Virus record (IMG/VR): IMGVR_UViG_3300025390_000009
Coordinates: 1 to 58,381 of that record
From: a virus
Lineage: Duplodnaviria > Caudoviricetes
Length of the DNA: 58,381 nucleotides
Strand: one strand, 5' to 3'
A program made the position numbers and the translations under genes. Positions 28,204 through 38,080 of the stretch are shown here, one piece after another; within the stretch, counting starts at the first letter, position 1; each line of letters begins with the position of its first letter. The notes under the pieces were generated by a model. The model worked only from the letters and a program-made list of their open reading frames with translations, made no database searches and had not been told where the DNA came from.

Positions 28204-28839
28204 TTAAGAGTCCTGAGCAATAGCTTGTCTATCGGCGATACGTAATTTATCTTCATTGGTCAATGCAGTGATTGCTTCGGTGTACTTTTGTTGAAAGATT
28301 ACACGCTGATCGTTCTTAAGAAACGGCATAGCCTGAAGCAGTGTTCCATAAAGCATAGCATTAGGTGCATTGCGTGTAAGCCAATTTGTTTGATTTTCTG
28401 AAGATAACGGTTGAATTCGTTCATAATACAATACCTCAAAAGCATAATTTTGATCTGGGGTGGGTGCTACCAGCCAATTGTCATAATCATAATCAGCGTA
28501 ATAAAGTGGAGTGCTCTCGCTAGTACTACTCGGAGCATAGTTAATTAGGTATTCATACTTACGCAGGAAAATAGGCTGCTTCTTACCATTTACGGTAATG
28601 TTGAATGAAGTTGTTTTGCGCCATCTTGCAGGCTTCGGGATAACAGGATTTCCAGCCATCATAACGGATTCGGCAACTTGTTGCTGTCCTAATGACTTCA
28701 TCATCTCCGCGATTTCAAATTCAGCGAGCATGATGAAGTTAGGAATCTGCTCAACAACGGATGCATCTTTACGCTCTAAGTACTGAAGTACGTTAGAGGT
28801 CAAATTGTCATACGTCATTGCGTAGGCTGGAGTGCTCAT
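28204..28839 (-). CDS. Head-tail adaptor / tail tubular protein A-like
   Basis: IPNFIMLAE, APTPDQNY and TNWL...LYGTL motifs. Confidence 0.7.
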   Translation of the reverse strand: MSTPAYAMTYDNLTSNVLQYLERKDASVVEQIPNFIMLAEFEIAEMMKSLGQQQVAESVMMAGNPVIPKPARWRKTTSFNITVNGKKQPIFLRKYEYLINYAPSSTSESTPLYYADYDYDNWLVAPTPDQNYAFEVLYYERIQPLSSENQTNWLTRNAPNAMLYGTLLQAMPFLKNDQRVIFQQKYTEAITALTNEDKLRIADRQAIAQDS

Positions 28840-28842
28840 ATA

Positions 28843-29355
28843 TTATCCTAATAACCGACTAGCATTACCGCGTACAGTGTCAATGCGGGCGAGCCAACCT
28901 TTACCGAACGTAGGGAAGGTTGGTAATGATTCATAGAACTCTTTTTTAGCTTTTGAGAATCGAGTGATTAAATCATTTTTGTCCATGACTTCAATATTCT
29001 GAAGTGTGACTGGACCAATTGCACCGTCCTCAGGTACGCCGATAGCCTTTTGGAGCGTCTTTATCGCCCTGCCAGGACCAGCGTTTACCGCAAAATCAAA
29101 CATGAGGTAATCGATGCCTGAAGGTAGGTCGTCACACTTGCATGCGTCCCAGTATTTCTTCTCATACAACGGAGCTACGTCATCTTTGTCAAGATTACGC
29201 ATTTCTTTTTCGCTTGTAGCACGCCCTTTGAACTGTGCCCAAGTAGCGGCAGTGACTCCGAGGTTAGTCATTCCACCTGGATCTTTTGGGTTGTTTACAA
29301 ATCCACCCTCAGATTCAAGCAGCATGTCTAAAGACTTTTCAAAGTTTTGAATCAT
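28843..29355 (-). CDS. Endolysin, glycoside hydrolase family 108 with peptidoglycan-binding domain
   Basis: EGGFVNNPKDPGGMTNLGVT, FDFAVNAG and FGKGWLAR. Confidence 0.9.
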   Translation of the reverse strand: MIQNFEKSLDMLLESEGGFVNNPKDPGGMTNLGVTAATWAQFKGRATSEKEMRNLDKDDVAPLYEKKYWDACKCDDLPSGIDYLMFDFAVNAGPGRAIKTLQKAIGVPEDGAIGPVTLQNIEVMDKNDLITRFSKAKKEFYESLPTFPTFGKGWLARIDTVRGNASRLLG

Positions 29356-29747
29356 AGACCTGACTGTTCCTTAATCCAATCTTGCAGGCTTACTACTTGC
29401 TGCGTGGTAATGGCGCAATCAAGTTTAAGGTCGGAGGAGCTAACATTAGTTCCGCTGGAGGAGAGGGAAAGGCTGGACATTGGACTGCCACTGGAGTTGC
29501 GCATCCCGTCATAATAAGTGTGAATAGCAGATAACTTAGCCTCGTATGCATTTGATATTCCTTTATTGATTAGCGCTTGTTCTTTAACTTTTGATTCATT
29601 CTGCGCGATTTGTTTTTCTGCAATTGCTTTAATCTCTGACTTATACTCCTCAAAACGAGAATGCTCAATATAACCATAAGCACACCCGCATAGAAGTAAA
29701 CTAACCACGACAATTTTGACATAGGTAACAATCGAGAGAGGAAACAT
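29352..29747 (-). CDS. Rz-like spanin
   Basis: N-terminal TM, coiled coil, C-terminal C...LQDWI; lies in the lysis cassette. Confidence 0.6.
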   Translation of the reverse strand: MFPLSIVTYVKIVVVSLLLCGCAYGYIEHSRFEEYKSEIKAIAEKQIAQNESKVKEQALINKGISNAYEAKLSAIHTYYDGMRNSSGSPMSSLSLSSSGTNVSSSDLKLDCAITTQQVVSLQDWIKEQSGL

Positions 29748-29968
29748 TATTGAGGCTCCGCATCTTTTTTCATCATTACACTTGCTCCGCCAGCACCCGA
29801 GATGATACCTAATGATTCAGCTAATTCTCTAAGACTTACAGCAGTGTGAAATACTTGATAAAAAGCCAAAGCAATGACGGCAAGAATACCAAAAAGCCAA
29901 GTAACCCGACCAATATCATAAGTGGCATTATCTTTCCCTGTCAATAAGTGCTTAAAGAAATCATTCAT
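29747..29968 (-). CDS. Putative holin
   Basis: 73 aa with two hydrophobic segments, next to the endolysin. Confidence 0.6.
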   Translation of the reverse strand: MNDFFKHLLTGKDNATYDIGRVTWLFGILAVIALAFYQVFHTAVSLRELAESLGIISGAGGASVMMKKDAEPQ

Positions 29969-30219
29969 TTATCAGCCTTATTGTCAATTTTATCTTCAAT
30001 ACGGTCTAATTTTAAAAACAGACTAGAGATTGTTCTTTGAAACTCTTCTCGAGTTACGTAGCTACCCGCGACCATTACTTCAATTTTAGCGACTTTATCA
30101 ATTAAGGCAGAATCAGCAATTTTTAATTCATAAATAGAATCCCAGAGCACTTTTAAAATCCAACCGCCTAGTGCTCCGCATAATAGGACAATATAGTTTA
30201 TTAGTGTCTGGGCTTCCAT
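29965..30219 (-). CDS. Membrane-anchored coiled-coil protein (holin/antiholin-like)
   Basis: N-terminal TM; YVTREEF...LDRIEDKID. Confidence 0.6.
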   Translation of the reverse strand: MEAQTLINYIVLLCGALGGWILKVLWDSIYELKIADSALIDKVAKIEVMVAGSYVTREEFQRTISSLFLKLDRIEDKIDNKADK

Positions 30220-30222
30220 TTG

Positions 30223-30522
30223 TTACTCTGCTTTTGCTGGCTCTTCAGTTTCTGCAGGTGCTTCTTCTACGGCTTCTACTGGAGCTGGCTCTTCAACTTC
30301 TGGTGCTACTTCTGCTTCAACTGGTGCGGCTTCTGCAACGGCTGGAACTTCTTGACCGATTGTCAATTCACCATTAGGAGCGATTGGAGCAGGAGGAGGC
30401 ACAACAGCCGCTGTAGGCTCGCTATATTTGCTTTTGACAAATGCGATGAACAATGCGATGTCTGCTTTAGCTTTGCTCTCAAAAGAGCTTAAATGTGTTT
30501 CGAGTTCGTTCAAGAAGTTCAT
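30223..30522 (-). CDS. Hypothetical protein with Glu/Pro/Ala-rich tail
   Basis: ORF with AAGGA RBS. Confidence 0.7.
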   Translation of the reverse strand: MNFLNELETHLSSFESKAKADIALFIAFVKSKYSEPTAAVVPPPAPIAPNGELTIGQEVPAVAEAAPVEAEVAPEVEEPAPVEAVEEAPAETEEPAKAE

Positions 30523-30531
30523 AATGTTTCC

Positions 30532-30705
30532 TTATGCAGCTGGGGTTTCTGGAGTTGGTTCAGCTGGAGCGGCAGGTGTTGCACCTTGAGCAGCAGCTTG
30601 GGTTTGAATACCGTTAATCAATGCAGCAACTTCTACAAATGGGCGTGAGCCGAGGTATTGAAGAATACCGTTTACTAAGTCGGTTGATAGAGTAAGTTTG
30701 TCCAT
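30532..30705 (-). CDS. 57-aa conserved phage protein (MDKLTLS...LGSRPFVEVAALI)
   Basis: Translated by hand; AGGA RBS; fills the gap. Confidence 0.7.
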   Translation of the reverse strand: MDKLTLSTDLVNGILQYLGSRPFVEVAALINGIQTQAAAQGATPAAPAEPTPETPAA

Positions 30706-30757
30706 TTTTTAAGTCCTAAAAAATTTGCCAGCAAGGTGGGCTGCTGGTTTGCCCTAA

Positions 30758-30976
30758 TTACTTAATAGCGTTTTCAAATGGCGTTAAATCATGCTCGCCA
30801 TAAAACTCTGCACCTTTAGCAATTTGAATTTCCAAGTGAGCTACATTACGCTTAACTGTATCAAGCCACTCAGTTTCTTCCATGTCAGTTGGTTTCCCAG
30901 CGTTAAGTAGGTTTACGCTATCAAGTGCTGCGGAATAACTGCGTTGTACTTCTTGTTCAGGTGTTAGTTCTAACAT
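30758..30976 (-). CDS. Small protein following the tail fibre (assembly chaperone-like)
   Basis: ORF track; position. Confidence 0.6.
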   Translation of the reverse strand: MLELTPEQEVQRSYSAALDSVNLLNAGKPTDMEETEWLDTVKRNVAHLEIQIAKGAEFYGEHDLTPFENAIK

Positions 30977-30977
30977 A

Positions 30978-32537
30978 TTATGCCTTTGTGAGTGCGGTTA
31001 CTTGTGCTTGTAGGGATACTACTGTTGCGTTGAGTTCTTGGATTGCTTTAATCATTGCTGGTACTAAAGCTGAAGTATCTACTTGCCAAGTTTTTTTAAT
31101 TTCTTGTTCGTTGTCACCCTGTACTACACACTCAGGCGCAACATCAATTAGTTCTTGTGCAATTACTCCAAAATCTGAATGACTGTCAGTTTCTTTCCAA
31201 TCAAAACTTCGAATTTTTACAGAATTAATTTTTGCTAATGCTGAAGGTGCATCAACAATATTTTCTTTAAGTCTTTTGTCAGATGTTGTTCCATATGCAG
31301 TTAAATTAGCCGTTCTATTATAGGAAATAGCACCTTTTACAGTTGCTGATGTTTCTGTAAAAAAGTTAATAAATATTGAATTACCTGCAGTTTCTTGTGC
31401 CCATACATCCAAAACATTGTAAGTTCCTGAAGTTACTGGGTTATTTCTAAATGAAGCACAAACTGCATCAGTAGAAGCTGGCGAAGAAAAATTTGCAAAT
31501 CTAACCGCACTTACAAGTTGTGTTGTAGTTCCTACAAAAAATTGACCACTACTATTAAAAAATCCTCTAGGATTACCAGAACCATCAGATAACACAATGT
31601 AGTTACTTGCTGTACGGATGTCTAGACCGCCTTGGTTGCCTGAAAATGCACCGAGAATAGTGTTGTTAGAACCTGTTGTTACATAGTATCCACATGGAGC
31701 GTTTGCACCACCACTAGCACCAACAAATGTATTACTTGTCCCAGTCGTTAAAGAATACCCAGCTGCTTGACCTACAATAGTATTATAAGAACCGTTAGAA
31801 GTATACCCAGCTTGTCCCCCAACAAACACATTTGAAGAAGCAGTACTATTTGTATATCCAGCTTGAAAACCTAAATATGTTCCATTTAATGCGGTTGTTC
31901 CACTATACCCAGCTTGATAACCTACTGCGGTGTTGTTAGATGCGGTGGTGTTTGAATAAAGGGCTGATGCACCAATACCTACATTTGAACCGCCAGTAGT
32001 ATTTGAATACAAAGAGCTGCTGCCTAATGAGCTATTTGAACTTCCTGTAGTAAGACCAATTCCAGAATATTTACCAATACTAGTATTATCTGTTCCGCTT
32101 GTTATGTTCCAAAGTGCATTAGCACCAACTGCTGTATTTGAAGTTCCTGTTACACCTGCACTATTAGCTCCCAATGCAGCAGAACCCAACGCTGTATTTG
32201 TATTTATACTACCGCTACCCTTACCAACAGTAAGACCTGAAATAGAGGCATCATTAGCTGTAGTAAGTGTTGTGCCGTTAAATGTTAGGTTTGCGCTACC
32301 TACTACTAAGCCACTAGAGTTATATAAGACTTGAGTGGTTGTAGACGAGCCTACACCACCTTTAGTGCCAATAACTTGCACTATTCCGCTAGAATCTTTG
32401 TAAAAAAGCTTACCGTCAGCAATATTGATTGCTAGCTCTGCACCTTGAGTGCTATTTGTCAAATTCCCAGCCGTCGGCACATTCGTGGTCGTCGAGCTAG
32501 AGTAAATTTGTAGGGGTGTAAATCCGCTTTGTGGCAT
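30978..32537 (-). CDS. Tail fibre/spike with C-terminal intramolecular chaperone (peptidase S74-like)
   Basis: GELAIN..DGKLFYK-type N-terminus; NTAxG beta-helix repeats; SDKRLKENI...GVIAQEL. Confidence 0.85.
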   Translation of the reverse strand: MPQSGFTPLQIYSSSTTTNVPTAGNLTNSTQGAELAINIADGKLFYKDSSGIVQVIGTKGGVGSSTTTQVLYNSSGLVVGSANLTFNGTTLTTANDASISGLTVGKGSGSINTNTALGSAALGANSAGVTGTSNTAVGANALWNITSGTDNTSIGKYSGIGLTTGSSNSSLGSSSLYSNTTGGSNVGIGASALYSNTTASNNTAVGYQAGYSGTTALNGTYLGFQAGYTNSTASSNVFVGGQAGYTSNGSYNTIVGQAAGYSLTTGTSNTFVGASGGANAPCGYYVTTGSNNTILGAFSGNQGGLDIRTASNYIVLSDGSGNPRGFFNSSGQFFVGTTTQLVSAVRFANFSSPASTDAVCASFRNNPVTSGTYNVLDVWAQETAGNSIFINFFTETSATVKGAISYNRTANLTAYGTTSDKRLKENIVDAPSALAKINSVKIRSFDWKETDSHSDFGVIAQELIDVAPECVVQGDNEQEIKKTWQVDTSALVPAMIKAIQELNATVVSLQAQVTALTKA

Positions 32538-32550
32538 AATTAAATCCTTT

Positions 32551-32564
32551 GTGAAATTATAGCT
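32551..32564 (-). promoter_or_regulatory. Promoter motif AGCTATAATTTCAC
   Basis: Variant of the GAGCTATAATTTCAAC motif upstream of the tail spike gene. Confidence 0.65.
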
Positions 32565-32578
32565 TCAAATCAATATAA

Positions 32579-34882
32579 TTAAAAATTTCCACCGCCAACG
32601 CCAGTGGTGAATGTTCCGCTACCCGTTACAGTAAGAGCAGAACCGCTAAATTGCAAATTTGAACTTGACGCAAATGCGCTCGTTCCGTTACCGTAAGGTA
32701 TGTAACCCGATGTTAAAGTGGTTAGACCCGTACCGCCGTTAGGCACTCCTAAAGTGCCGAGAAGAGTAAGTAATTGGGCATTTGTAGCTACTGTGTGGGC
32801 TGAAGTGCCGTTTCCGTATAAAATACCTGTTAGAGTTCCCGCTTCACCCGTACCACCGTTAACCGCGTTTAAAACACCCGCTAGGGTAATAGCTCCGCTA
32901 GTCGCGGTAGAAGGTGTTAAGCCCGTCGTACCACCACTGAACGTAGTAACCGCTACGCCACTCAAAGTAGACCATTGCGGAGCAGTTCCAGTAGAGGTCA
33001 AAATCTGATTGGCTGAACCAATTGCTAGCGTGTTATACGCAGAAGTACCATTTCCGTAAACTAACGAGCCAGCAGTCAAGCTGGTCAAACCTGTGCCGCC
33101 GTTAGCTACTGGAGTTGTGCCGAGTAATGACAAAAGTTGAGCAGTAGTAGCTGCGGTAGCGTATCCAGTGGTATTGTTAGCATAAACAAAGCCAGTCAAT
33201 CCGCCGACTTGTAGGTTAGTAGTAATTAGATTTGTAAATGATTCAGTGGTTGAGCCAGGAATTTTCTGCCATGCACCGTTACTGAATATTGCCCAGTCAC
33301 CAATGTTCCAGCCTGATACGCCGTTCAAAGTAGTGTTACCAGCAGTCGTTACAACGTAGTAATAACCAGACGTACCCACGCTAGAAGTCAAAGTAGGACT
33401 ATTGGTATTAGCGTTCCATGTGCCTTGATAAGCAGGCGCATTACTAGCTTGAGTGCTGATTGATGTGATTTGACCTTGAGTGTTGACAGTAAGTACAGGA
33501 ACCACAGATGAAGATCCGTATGTACCTGCCGTTACGCCAGTGGTGGCAATAGCTATAGTAACTGGAGCCGACCCGTTAAAACTAGTGCCAGACAGTCCAG
33601 TGCCGATTGTTAGAGCACTGGTTGTGGTAGCAGTAATCGTTCCACTAGCACCGAGGGCTACGGTAACACCGTTATAAGTAACTGAACTATTTGTCAATCC
33701 AGTATTAGGGATTGTAGCGTTGATCTGGCTAGGTGCAATACTGATATTTACGTTAGCGGCGAGGGTTAATTGACCCTGAGGATTAACTGTAAAAGTCGGT
33801 ACAGCACCCGCGCTACCGTATGAACCAGCGGAGACGGCAGTGTTAGCAATTGCGATTGTTCCAGTAGAAGTAATTGGACCACCAGTTAAACCAGTGCCAG
33901 TCGCTACTGAGGTAACACCAGTACCCGTAGTAATTGAACCCCAAGCACCGTTAGCGTAACCTTCAAAGGTCGCGGTATCAGTGTTGTAACGCAGTGTGCC
34001 GTTACCTAATCCAGGTCTTTGAGCAGTAGTACCGATAGGTACGACTACGCCGCCCACACCAGGAAGTGTAGGATTGTTTACAATACTTACCGTTGGAGTG
34101 GTAGTATTGTTTACTACGTTAATTTGATTTGCTGTACCGTTGACTTGAGTTACAGTTCCGCTACCAGTACCGAGTATTTGCCATACGCCACCCTCATAAA
34201 ACTCAAAAGCGGAAAGAGTAGTATTGTAACGAATCTGACCCGCGTTAGGGGCAATAGGTCTTTGTGACGTAGTTCCGTTCGGTACAGTAATACCGCCAGT
34301 ACCAGGAAACACCGCATCATTAGCGAATGAAATTGTAGGATTACCACTAACTCCGTTGCCGCTGGCTACGTTAATCTGATTTGTGGTTCCAGCAATGCTC
34401 AGAGGACTGAGAGTGCTTCCGTTTGAAAATAATAAGCCAGTGCCACCGAGGTTAGCGAGGGAGTAGAGAAGCCCCGTAACGGCAAGTGTAGGGTTACCAC
34501 TCACACCGTTACCGTTTGTTACTGAGAGTCCTGCTCCGCTAACTGAAAGCACTCGAGCAGCTACTGTGCCAGCCGCTGTTTTTGCAACTAAGCCGTAACC
34601 CGCGTTCTCAAGTGAACCAGATGTGCCATTCAGAAATAATGAATACTTACCTTGAGCACCGCCATCAGTGAACCCAAGACCAAGACCAGTTCCGATATAA
34701 CGACTATTAGGCAGGGTCGGCTCATTGTTTACTGTCAGGAATGTTTGAGTTTGTGAAGGACTAGAAACTAATTGATTAACCGTCGCTTGAACAGTCTCAC
34801 CATTTTGAACAATAGGTACTAATTCAGCACCAGTGATTGCTGATGAAGCTGTTGGTAGCTGACTGATTCGTATGTTTGCCAT
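32579..34882 (-). CDS. Long tail fibre protein
   Basis: RISQLP N-terminus, GTTxQRP...RYN, GTYGSS..VP and GGTG repeats. Confidence 0.8.
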   Translation of the reverse strand: MANIRISQLPTASSAITGAELVPIVQNGETVQATVNQLVSSPSQTQTFLTVNNEPTLPNSRYIGTGLGLGFTDGGAQGKYSLFLNGTSGSLENAGYGLVAKTAAGTVAARVLSVSGAGLSVTNGNGVSGNPTLAVTGLLYSLANLGGTGLLFSNGSTLSPLSIAGTTNQINVASGNGVSGNPTISFANDAVFPGTGGITVPNGTTSQRPIAPNAGQIRYNTTLSAFEFYEGGVWQILGTGSGTVTQVNGTANQINVVNNTTTPTVSIVNNPTLPGVGGVVVPIGTTAQRPGLGNGTLRYNTDTATFEGYANGAWGSITTGTGVTSVATGTGLTGGPITSTGTIAIANTAVSAGSYGSAGAVPTFTVNPQGQLTLAANVNISIAPSQINATIPNTGLTNSSVTYNGVTVALGASGTITATTTSALTIGTGLSGTSFNGSAPVTIAIATTGVTAGTYGSSSVVPVLTVNTQGQITSISTQASNAPAYQGTWNANTNSPTLTSSVGTSGYYYVVTTAGNTTLNGVSGWNIGDWAIFSNGAWQKIPGSTTESFTNLITTNLQVGGLTGFVYANNTTGYATAATTAQLLSLLGTTPVANGGTGLTSLTAGSLVYGNGTSAYNTLAIGSANQILTSTGTAPQWSTLSGVAVTTFSGGTTGLTPSTATSGAITLAGVLNAVNGGTGEAGTLTGILYGNGTSAHTVATNAQLLTLLGTLGVPNGGTGLTTLTSGYIPYGNGTSAFASSSNLQFSGSALTVTGSGTFTTGVGGGNF

Positions 34883-34894
34883 AATTAATCTTTA

Positions 34895-35263
34895 CTAAGG
34901 TGCAAGGTTATCGAGGTTTCCATCAATATCATCCTCTGAGGTTTCAGGAGCAATACCCCATTCACCAGCAGTGCCTTGCGTTACGTTGTTTGGTGAATTT
35001 ACGACGTTAGGATCCGTCGTAATAGCGTCATTATACTGTGCAACGTCAGCATCTGGGCGCGGAAACCGAATTGTGATTTTTTCAGGCTGACGTGCAGGTA
35101 GGCGATAAGGATCAAACTGGTCAGAACAACCATTTTGACACACTCTTAAAGCAGGAATATTGCCGTCAGGAATAATATCTGAATACGCACGCTTCATTTT
35201 GCAGCGATCGCATATTGCAATACTGAGCGTATTATTACCTAACGTATCAAGCCATTTAGGCAT
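34895..35263 (-). CDS. Conserved virion-module protein with CDRC...C..C
   Basis: AICDRC...LRVC...D.DP...PRPD. Confidence 0.7.
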   Translation of the reverse strand: MPKWLDTLGNNTLSIAICDRCKMKRAYSDIIPDGNIPALRVCQNGCSDQFDPYRLPARQPEKITIRFPRPDADVAQYNDAITTDPNVVNSPNNVTQGTAGEWGIAPETSEDDIDGNLDNLAP

Positions 35264-35849
35264 TTGAATCTTTCTTTTTAGCCCAAACCTGCCTTAACTT
35301 TTCTTTTTGCTCTTCTGACATTCGCCTACCTTTATGCGCTTCTGATATTTTACGTTTTGTTTCCGCGCTAAGTGTTTTACCTAAGTTTACTTCTCTCATC
35401 TTTTGAATTTGTTCAAAAGATTTAGGTTTTCCTGACAGTGCTAATTTTATTTTAGCTTTATGTTCTTCAGTTTTAAGAACACCTTTACCAGCTAGGCTCA
35501 TTTTTAAACGAGTTTCATCTGAAAAAGAAGTTTTTCTTCTGTTAACCCATGCTTTTTTCATTTTATTACTAATCGCTTCATCTATAGCGACCATTGGCCA
35601 TGCTGAACGATTGTAACAAGTTTCTTTTTCTTTAAGTAGTTGAATGATAATCTGGCGTTCTAACTTAGCGCAATCATTCAAAAAACCTTTAGCGATTATT
35701 TGGCGAGTAAAGTCCTGAGGTTTTTCTTTGTATTCTTTAAGCATAGGTTCAGACGAGCAAATATACCCATCATTTTCAAAACCTTTATGAACCCCTACAT
35801 ATACTTTAGAGGTTTTATGGTCTGACCAAGAATATACAAAAGAATCCAT
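35256..35849 (-). mobile_element. Free-standing GIY-YIG-like homing endonuclease with NUMOD3 repeats
   Basis: FVY...VYVG..KG...GYICSS; SDETRLKMS, TEEHKAKI and SAETKRKIS repeats. Confidence 0.8.
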
Positions 35850-35851
35850 AT

Positions 35852-36910
35852 TTATTTTGTGTAATAACTTATATTCGGGCTAAAGTAAACAGGACTTTTA
35901 TCTCTATTTTCATTTTGCGCCATCAATAAATGTTTTTCATATTGTTGTTCAAGGTAAATTATACGCTGTGGATCTACTTGAGGCAATTCTTGAGCCATTT
36001 GCCATGCTAATCCATTTTGAATTGCAAACAGCATGTATTGCGGAATCTCAATTTCACCATTCAAATCACCTACGTCTTGAATATAGCGATTAAGCCAGAG
36101 TTCAATCTGAGGTTGAATGGAGTTAGGTACTGGCCAGACTTCCATGTTAGGTTGGTTAATAGTTCTATTAAACCAATATTGCAGTGGGCGTAACGCTTGA
36201 AATTGACGATTAGGCAGGTTTGAGTAATCATCCCTGTTCATACGTGCCATTGGGATTGCCACAGGCATTGTACCGAATTGAACTTGACGCATGCCCATGT
36301 CAATACCAGCAACCTGCTGAATTCTCCAATACGGCAGCGTAGCCGTAGCTTCTAAATCATAATAGAGCCATTGACCAGAAACCCAATTTACAGCTCCAGG
36401 AGCTTCAATAGTTTCCCATGTAACTCCGTCGCTTGAGGCTTGAATCTCAATAGTTACTGAACCAGTTACCGCAGAGAGAATACCAACAGTGTTAATATAA
36501 AGCGGATTACCAGAGCCGCCATTAATACCAATAGCGCCAGTGTTATTGGTGAGTTGGCAGACGTTTTGTCCTGTACCGTCAAATGCATTAGCAGTAACGC
36601 CAGATGTACTATATGAGCCAGTAGTGATATTGCTAGTTGTACGATAGTTAGCGTTCAATACGTCAACAGTACCGAGGGGTAAATAGTAATAAGTTTGATC
36701 AGGAATCAAACCAATGACCACTTTGTTAATCGCCCAGTAGTTAATACCCCAGTTAGCGAGGCTAGACAAGAGGTAATATAAACTAGTCTTTGCAGCGCTA
36801 ACTTGTTCTACTGTGAGTTCCTCAGCCAACTTACCCGCGCGACGAGCACCATGATCAATCAGATCTTGAACTGATACGACTGTTTGACTTACAGTTCCAG
36901 AAGTGGACAT
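35852..36910 (-). CDS. Head-tail connector / tail structural protein
   Basis: WANxG-like LANWGINYW; DYSNLPN...P.QYWF; position. Confidence 0.65.
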   Translation of the reverse strand: MSTSGTVSQTVVSVQDLIDHGARRAGKLAEELTVEQVSAAKTSLYYLLSSLANWGINYWAINKVVIGLIPDQTYYYLPLGTVDVLNANYRTTSNITTGSYSTSGVTANAFDGTGQNVCQLTNNTGAIGINGGSGNPLYINTVGILSAVTGSVTIEIQASSDGVTWETIEAPGAVNWVSGQWLYYDLEATATLPYWRIQQVAGIDMGMRQVQFGTMPVAIPMARMNRDDYSNLPNRQFQALRPLQYWFNRTINQPNMEVWPVPNSIQPQIELWLNRYIQDVGDLNGEIEIPQYMLFAIQNGLAWQMAQELPQVDPQRIIYLEQQYEKHLLMAQNENRDKSPVYFSPNISYYTK

Positions 36911-37279
36911 TTACCACCCCGCAATCTTCTTGACTTTTCCGCCAGTCTTTTTAGCAAGTATTTTATTCGCCTTAGCATCAATTTTAGCTTCACTTGATTT
37001 AGACAATTTTCTAGCTTTAACTTCTTGACTTGCTCTAGCTTTTGCATTACCCGCATGAGCGCGATCAGGCATTGGATATTTACGCTCTCCTGGTAAACCA
37101 AATTCAGATTTAGGCAATGATTTACGAGTTTTTGTAGTTAATACTCCGCCCGTCTTTTTCGCTGCACGTTTCTCTGAGTAAGCAATTGCCACTGCTTGTT
37201 TCTGCGGTTTACCCGCTTTAATTTCAGTAGCAACATTCTTACCAAATGCAACTTTAGATTTTGATTTGATTAATGGCAT
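36911..37279 (-). CDS. Small basic head-associated protein
   Basis: MPLIK...[13 protein letters not shown]; [11 protein letters not shown]; KKTGG twice. Confidence 0.7.
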   Translation of the reverse strand: MPLIKSKSKVAFGKNVATEIKAGKPQKQAVAIAYSEKRAAKKTGGVLTTKTRKSLPKSEFGLPGERKYPMPDRAHAGNAKARASQEVKARKLSKSSEAKIDAKANKILAKKTGGKVKKIAGW

Positions 37280-37281
37280 GA

Positions 37282-38031
37282 TTATGGAGTTACGTTAGCA
37301 GCTACATCAGATTGAATTAAGTAACCTTCTACACCGAGGTTGATTGCAGCAGTACTTGCGCTAGTTACAAATAAAAACTGAAGGTCAGTCTTACCTGAGA
37401 ACTTACGAGGCATAACCCTATCAACATTGTAAGCAGTTACAAACGGAGCATTCTGACTAACGATATTTACGCCGTTAAAAGTGCTCAAATTTTGGTAAGT
37501 GATATAGTTAGCATTATTACCGTTAAATGACGAATTGGCGCTTACACGCTCTAAATAAAAGTCAAATCCGTTAGGTACGGTATAAATAGACATCAAGCTA
37601 CGACCGAATCCTACGTTAATTTGAGCGTAAGTGGTTCCGCTATTCTTTGCAGTAACGATACCAGTCGCATTACCAGAAGTAGTAATTAACGCATTAATAC
37701 GTAAATACAAACCTGTTGTAGTAGAAGTTCCAGACGCATTCAATGTCACTATTTCAGACAATGAATTGTAATTTGCATCAAGACCTTGAATTAGAATCTT
37801 AACACCTGCATCCGTAGCGCCAGCGGCACTAGCTATGGTCATTGCCGCAGCAGAGCTAGAAAAAGTATATGCGGTAGCATTTTCCCAAAGAGGAATCTTT
37901 GTAGTGGTAACGGATGATTGATATCCGTAAATGTTTACAGTGCTGTGACCATAAATCTGACCACGAGCAACTTGTACGTTAAACGGCTCATACGCACCTT
38001 TAACGGTTGCTGACGAAACTGTTGCAGTCAT
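37282..38031 (-). CDS. Virion structural protein
   Basis: QVARGQI.GH; IQGLDANY. Confidence 0.65.
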   Translation of the reverse strand: MTATVSSATVKGAYEPFNVQVARGQIYGHSTVNIYGYQSSVTTTKIPLWENATAYTFSSSAAAMTIASAAGATDAGVKILIQGLDANYNSLSEIVTLNASGTSTTTGLYLRINALITTSGNATGIVTAKNSGTTYAQINVGFGRSLMSIYTVPNGFDFYLERVSANSSFNGNNANYITYQNLSTFNGVNIVSQNAPFVTAYNVDRVMPRKFSGKTDLQFLFVTSASTAAINLGVEGYLIQSDVAANVTP

Positions 38032-38050
38032 ATCTCATTCTCCAAAATTT

Positions 38051-38074
38051 AAGAAGGCGGGGGCGAACCCCCGC
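38051..38074 (-). terminator. Rho-independent terminator-like hairpin
   Basis: GCGGGGG-TTCG-CCCCCGC followed by CTTCTT, after a stop codon. Confidence 0.6.
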
Positions 38075-38080
38075 GCAATC

